A stretch of DNA of 64,000 nucleotides from contig CANRFG010000002.1 of assembly GCA_947629815.1 (NCBI GenBank), forward strand, positions 7,539-71,538, written 5' to 3'. A program made the position numbers and the translations under genes. Numbering within the stretch: position 1 is the stretch's first letter; the number at the start of each line of letters is the position of its first letter. The notes under the pieces were generated by a model. It did not search any database, was not told the DNA's origin, and was given only the letters and a program-made list of their open reading frames with translations. The stretch is from an uncultured Bacilli bacterium (GTDB lineage: Bacteria; Bacillota_I; Bacilli_A; RF39; UBA660). This document shows positions 59,789 to 64,000 of this stretch, piece by piece.

Positions 59789-61240
59789 TCAATCTTGATT
59801 CTTTTTTCTAATATTTTTTTTATTTTTACTTACAATTTCCTCATTTTTTATTTTTTTAGGTAATTCAAAATAGAAAACAGTTCCCTCTTTATTTTTAGAT
59901 TCAACTCCATAATTACAATTATGATTTATAAATATATTTTTTACAATAGAAAGACCAACTCCACTACCAACATGAACTCTTGAATGTGTTTTATCTACTT
60001 TATAATATTTGTCCCATATATTTTTGATTTCTTCTTCATCTATTCCATTTCCTGTATCTTTTACTTCTATTCTAAAATTATCTTCTTTTTCAATAACATT
60101 TATTATTACTTTTTTATCTTCTCCTGTATAATTTATAGCATTATTAATTAAATTATAAAGTGCTTGCTCAATTCTTTTTTTATCAGCGCATACTATAGAA
60201 TTATCAAGTAAATTTAATTCAAAGTTATATCCATCATTTTCTACCATGATGTCATATCTTTTTACTATACTTTTTATTAAATCATTTATATCAAATTGTT
60301 CTATATTTAATTTTTGAGTTCCAGATTGTATTTTTGATAAGTCTAAAATATCATTTACAAGTACATTTAATCTATCTGTTTCTTCTATTATAATATTTAA
60401 ATCTTTTTGCATTTTTTCTTTATCTTTATATGTTACATCTCTAACCATTTCTGCATATGCTTTTATCATTGTAAGTGGTGTTTTTAAATCATGACTTACA
60501 TTTGCAAGTAATTCTCTTCTCAACTCTTCTGTTTTTGATAGTTCATTTTTAGTGTATTCAAGTGTTTGAGCAAGTTCGTTTAATTCCAAAATAGATTCGT
60601 TTGTATCGAATTTAGCGTTGAAATCTCCTTGTGATAATTTTTTAGCTTCATTATTTATTTTAATAACTCCACTTGATATTTTTTTAGAAACAAAATAAGA
60701 AACTATCAATGATAAGATTATAACTAATAAAGTTACATAAAAAAATTGGTTTTTTAATACTGTTATAGTTGTATCAATTGGTTCAATAGATGCACTTATA
60801 AATGCGTAGTTAGTTTCATCTAATTTTATACCATAAATAATACTTTTATTTTTAAATCTTGGATTAACTAAAGTATATATTTTTTTAGATAAATTACTAT
60901 TTATAAAATCTTTCTTATAAAAAGAGCCATCTTTACTTGTTTCTCCTCCCATACAACCTTTATCATATAATACAGATAAATATTTTGTTGTATCATTGTT
61001 TATTATTTCTATACAAACTTCATTTTCCATTGAAATTTTATCTAATATATCTTCATAATTATTACTTTGAAAACTTGATAACATTTTTTCAACAGAATTT
61101 TCTAACTTATTTACTACGAAATTTTTATAATAAGATTTTAAAAATAATATTTGAAATATCCATAAAAATAATAATATTGAAGCAGAAAAAATTATAAAAT
61201 ATATCCATATTTTAGTTCTTAAATTACTTTTTTGTTTCAT
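59789..61240 (-). CDS. sensor histidine kinase (2 TM, HAMP, HisKA, HATPase_c)
   Basis: H-box SHDLKTPLT and N/G1/G2 boxes (NLINNAINYT, DTGNGI, GSGVGLSIV). Confidence 0.88.
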   Translation of the reverse strand: MKQKSNLRTKIWIYFIIFSASILLFLWIFQILFLKSYYKNFVVNKLENSVEKMLSSFQSNNYEDILDKISMENEVCIEIINNDTTKYLSVLYDKGCMGGETSKDGSFYKKDFINSNLSKKIYTLVNPRFKNKSIIYGIKLDETNYAFISASIEPIDTTITVLKNQFFYVTLLVIILSLIVSYFVSKKISSGVIKINNEAKKLSQGDFNAKFDTNESILELNELAQTLEYTKNELSKTEELRRELLANVSHDLKTPLTMIKAYAEMVRDVTYKDKEKMQKDLNIIIEETDRLNVLVNDILDLSKIQSGTQKLNIEQFDINDLIKSIVKRYDIMVENDGYNFELNLLDNSIVCADKKRIEQALYNLINNAINYTGEDKKVIINVIEKEDNFRIEVKDTGNGIDEEEIKNIWDKYYKVDKTHSRVHVGSGVGLSIVKNIFINHNCNYGVESKNKEGTVFYFELPKKIKNEEIVSKNKKNIRKKNQD

Positions 61241-61889
61241 TATATTTATATCCTACTCCTCTTACTGTAACAATTAAATTTCTATATTTTCCTAAATTAT
61301 TTCTAAGCATTTTTATATGTGTATCTATTGTTCTATCATCGCCAAAAAAATTATATCCCCAAATTTTTGTTAAAAGTTGTTCTCTAGAAAGAGCAATTCC
61401 TTTATTTTCAATAAAATATACTAAAAGTTCATATTCTTTTGGTGTCAATTTTACTTCTTTATTTTTTATAGTTACTACTCTTCCTGCATAGTCGATTTTT
61501 AAATCTTCATATGTATATACATCTTCAATATTTTTAACTCTTTTAAGTATTGCTTTTATTCTTGCCATCAATTCTTTAGGACTAAATGGTTTTGTTAAAT
61601 AATCATCTATTCCTAAATCAAATCCTGCTAATTTATCAAATTCTTCACTTCGTGCAGACAAAACAATAGTAGGAATGTTTTTTATTTTTTTTATTTCTTT
61701 AAATGCACTGAAACCATCTAATTTAGGCATCATTATATCGAGTACCATTAAATCTATATCGTTATTTTTTATTTTTTCTATTGCATCTAATCCATTTTCT
61801 GATTCTATTACCTCAAAATTTTCTAGTATACAATATTCTTTAATTACATTTCTTATTAATTCTTCATCATCTACTATAAGTATTTTCAT
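61224..61889 (-). CDS. OmpR/PhoB-family response regulator
   Basis: Receiver domain (MKILIVDDEE, DLMVLDIMMPKLDG) and winged-helix output domain (RTIDTHIKMLRNNLG). Confidence 0.9.
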   Translation of the reverse strand: MKILIVDDEELIRNVIKEYCILENFEVIESENGLDAIEKIKNNDIDLMVLDIMMPKLDGFSAFKEIKKIKNIPTIVLSARSEEFDKLAGFDLGIDDYLTKPFSPKELMARIKAILKRVKNIEDVYTYEDLKIDYAGRVVTIKNKEVKLTPKEYELLVYFIENKGIALSREQLLTKIWGYNFFGDDRTIDTHIKMLRNNLGKYRNLIVTVRGVGYKYNETKK

Positions 61890-61954
61890 TTAATCACACC
61901 CTATAAACATATTATACAATTATTATGTATTTTTAGTGAAAAAAAAAGAAATAA

Positions 61955-64000
61955 TTATTTTATTTCTTCTAATTTAACGCTTACTAATTTACTTACACCT
62001 GATTCTTGCATAGTAATTCCATATAATAAATCTACATATTCCATTGTTTTCTTTTTATGTGTTATCAATATAAATTGTGTTTTATCTTTTAATCCATTTA
62101 TATAATTTCCAAAACTATCTACATTTACTTCATCTAGTGCTGCCTCTACCTCATCTAATATGCAGAAAGGTACAGGTCTTGATTTAAGTATTGCGAAAAG
62201 CAAACTGATTGCTGTAAAAGTTTTTTCTCCACCTGATAACAAAGATATACTTGTAAGTGTTTTTCCCGGAGGAGACGCTACTATTTCTATACCTGTTTCT
62301 AATAAATCATTTTCATCTGTAAGTTTTAGTTCTGCTGTTCCACCTCTAAATAAACTTTTAAAAGTTTCATTAAAGTTTTTATTTATTATTTTAAATGTTT
62401 CCATGAATTCTTTTTTCATTACTGTATCCATTTCTTTTATTATTTCAAGTAATGTATTTTCTGCATTTACTAAATCTTCTCTTTGTTTAATTAAAAATTC
62501 ATATCTTGTACTTATTTTTTCATATTCAGAAGGCGCTGCTAAATTAACTTCTCCTAAATCTTTTAATTTTTTCTTTAAAGTTGTAACTTTACTACGAGCT
62601 AAATCAACATCGAGTTCTAATTTATATAAAGAAACTGCATTTTCATAAGTAATGCTATATGTTTCGTTTAATAAATTAAGTAAATTATCAAGTTTAACAT
62701 CTAATCTATTTACTTCTATTTCTGCTTCTTTTAATTCATTACTTTTTTGATTGTAAATAGAATTTTCTTTTTTAATAATATGTTCGAATTGTTCTAATTC
62801 TTCATTTATTTCATCTTTTTTACTATTTAATATTTTTAATTCATTTTCAATATTATTTTTAGTATTAATAGTTTCATAATATGTATTTAATATTTCTTCT
62901 TCTTCTTTATCTAAAGAATTATTTAATAAATTATTTGTTCCTTTAATTTCTAAATTAATATTGTCTTTATCTAATAATAAACTACTATATTTACTGTTTT
63001 TATCACTTATTTTACTTTCAATATTTATTTTTTCTTTATTTATTAAGTATAAATTTTCTTCGTTTATTTTAATATTTTCATCTATATTATTTATTTGTAT
63101 TTCTATTTCATTTATATCTTTATCAATATTTTCTAGTTCTTTTAGTGATTTTTCATATTCGTATTTAATTGTTATTATATTATTTTGTTTTGTATCTTTA
63201 CCACCTGTTATGGCACCACCTACATGTGATAATTCACCATCTAGTGTTACAACTTTATAACGATAATTTATTTTTTTAGAAAATTTATTTAATGTATCAA
63301 TATTATCACATATTATAACATTTCCAAATTGATTTTCTATAATATTTTTATATTTTGGATCATATTTAATTAATTTATCTGCAGTTGAAATAACTTTTTC
63401 TCCATCTATCATATTTTTTGTTTCATTATCGATTGTTTTTGATTTAATTATATTAAGTGGGAAAAAAGTAGCTCTACCAATATTATTGTTTTTTAAATAT
63501 GTAATTGCTTCTTTTATAGAATTTTCATTATCTGCGATTATTGTAGATGATGATGCACCTAAACTTGTAGAAATTGCTTTTTTATATTTATCATCTGTAT
63601 CGATTATATTTCCAATTACATCATGAATACCTGTTAATTTAGGATTTGAAAGTATGCTTTTTACAGGATATGGTAGAGTTGAATTATTTTCTATATTTTG
63701 TTTTAATGTTTCTTTTTTATTTTGTAAATATGTTTCTTCTCTTAATTTATTTGATAATTTATTTTGAATATTTGTTTTTTCGTTTTTTAAATTTTCTATA
63801 ATGTTTTCATATTTGTTATAGTTTTCTTCTATTTTTTCTTGTTCTAATTTTAATGTAGATAATTCATTATTTACTACATTTAATTCACTATCTATTTTTA
63901 GTAAACTTTCTTTTAATTCTAAAATATTATTGTGAAGTTTTATATCATCAACTTCGTATTTTTTTCTTTCTAATATTATTTGTTTTTGACCATTTATTTT
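61955..64000 (-). CDS. smc: chromosome segregation protein SMC, C-terminal about two thirds (gene continues beyond the window edge)
   Basis: Signature/Walker B region LSGGEKTFTAISLLFAILKSRPVPFCILDEVEAALD and hinge (GRATFFPLN). The reading frame stays open upstream of the listed Met through the window end. Confidence 0.88.
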   Translation of the reverse strand, partial: KINGQKQIILERKKYEVDDIKLHNNILELKESLLKIDSELNVVNNELSTLKLEQEKIEENYNKYENIIENLKNEKTNIQNKLSNKLREETYLQNKKETLKQNIENNSTLPYPVKSILSNPKLTGIHDVIGNIIDTDDKYKKAISTSLGASSSTIIADNENSIKEAITYLKNNNIGRATFFPLNIIKSKTIDNETKNMIDGEKVISTADKLIKYDPKYKNIIENQFGNVIICDNIDTLNKFSKKINYRYKVVTLDGELSHVGGAITGGKDTKQNNIITIKYEYEKSLKELENIDKDINEIEIQINNIDENIKINEENLYLINKEKINIESKISDKNSKYSSLLLDKDNINLEIKGTNNLLNNSLDKEEEEILNTYYETINTKNNIENELKILNSKKDEINEELEQFEHIIKKENSIYNQKSNELKEAEIEVNRLDVKLDNLLNLLNETYSITYENAVSLYKLELDVDLARSKVTTLKKKLKDLGEVNLAAPSEYEKISTRYEFLIKQREDLVNAENTLLEIIKEMDTVMKKEFMETFKIINKNFNETFKSLFRGGTAELKLTDENDLLETGIEIVASPPGKTLTSISLLSGGEKTFTAISLLFAILKSRPVPFCILDEVEAALDEVNVDSFGNYINGLKDKTQFILITHKKKTMEYVDLLYGITMQESGVSKLVSVKLEEIK

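Noticed and set aside
62160-63260. 162-aa and 99-aa plus-strand ORFs
   Set aside because: Antisense to smc coiled-coil coding sequence.
1-64000. Search for CRISPR arrays, IS elements, integrons and prophage blocks
   Set aside because: No regularly spaced direct repeats, no transposase or integrase-like ORFs apart from the Xer recombinase, and no phage structural genes were recognisable.

Overview
The window is a 64-kb chromosomal segment from a very AT-rich (about 25% GC), spore-forming Firmicute (Clostridia-like). Sporulation genes present include ylbJ, ylbL, spoIVB, a spoIIM-like gene and a yjcZ-like micro-protein. Most of the content is housekeeping: a partial LCP protein, glyA-folD, a T-box-controlled hisS-aspS operon, a zinc-finger-less ClpX paralog, queH, def, a SEDS protein, comEA-comEC, a fused ABC ATPase/permease, tRNA-Gln-gltX-tRNA-Glu, cysE, an LtaS-family protein, tcdA, mutS, mtaD, nusB-xseA-xseB, a PG transglycosylase, mnmA, zupT, an AlkD-like protein, a phosphohexomutase, a Xer recombinase, rarA, a CBS-DHH pyrophosphatase, holA, a two-component system and the 3-prime part of smc. 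Three loci stand out. (1) Upstream of comEA-comEC there is a cluster of modular type IV pilin-like genes. Two paralogs have about 89% identical 5-prime ends and large, different C-terminal modules (BspA-type LRR; Cys-rich). One is preceded by an 11-G homopolymer inside its promoter spacer, a phase-variation candidate. Both carry a shared upstream direct-repeat motif, and a zinc-ribbon membrane protein lies between them. A third modular pilin with a CBM-like module lies at 30.9 kb. (2) At 40.3-40.9 kb there is an ORF-free, GC-enriched RNA of about 625 nt with its own sigma-A promoter and intrinsic terminator. It sits immediately upstream of a small polytopic membrane protein and nusB-xseA-xseB, the signature neighbourhood of OLE RNA and OapA. 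(3) Several smaller RNA candidates: a 6S-like structured element before tcdA, and an attenuator-like leader at 34.3-34.5 kb. No CRISPR array, transposase or prophage was found.
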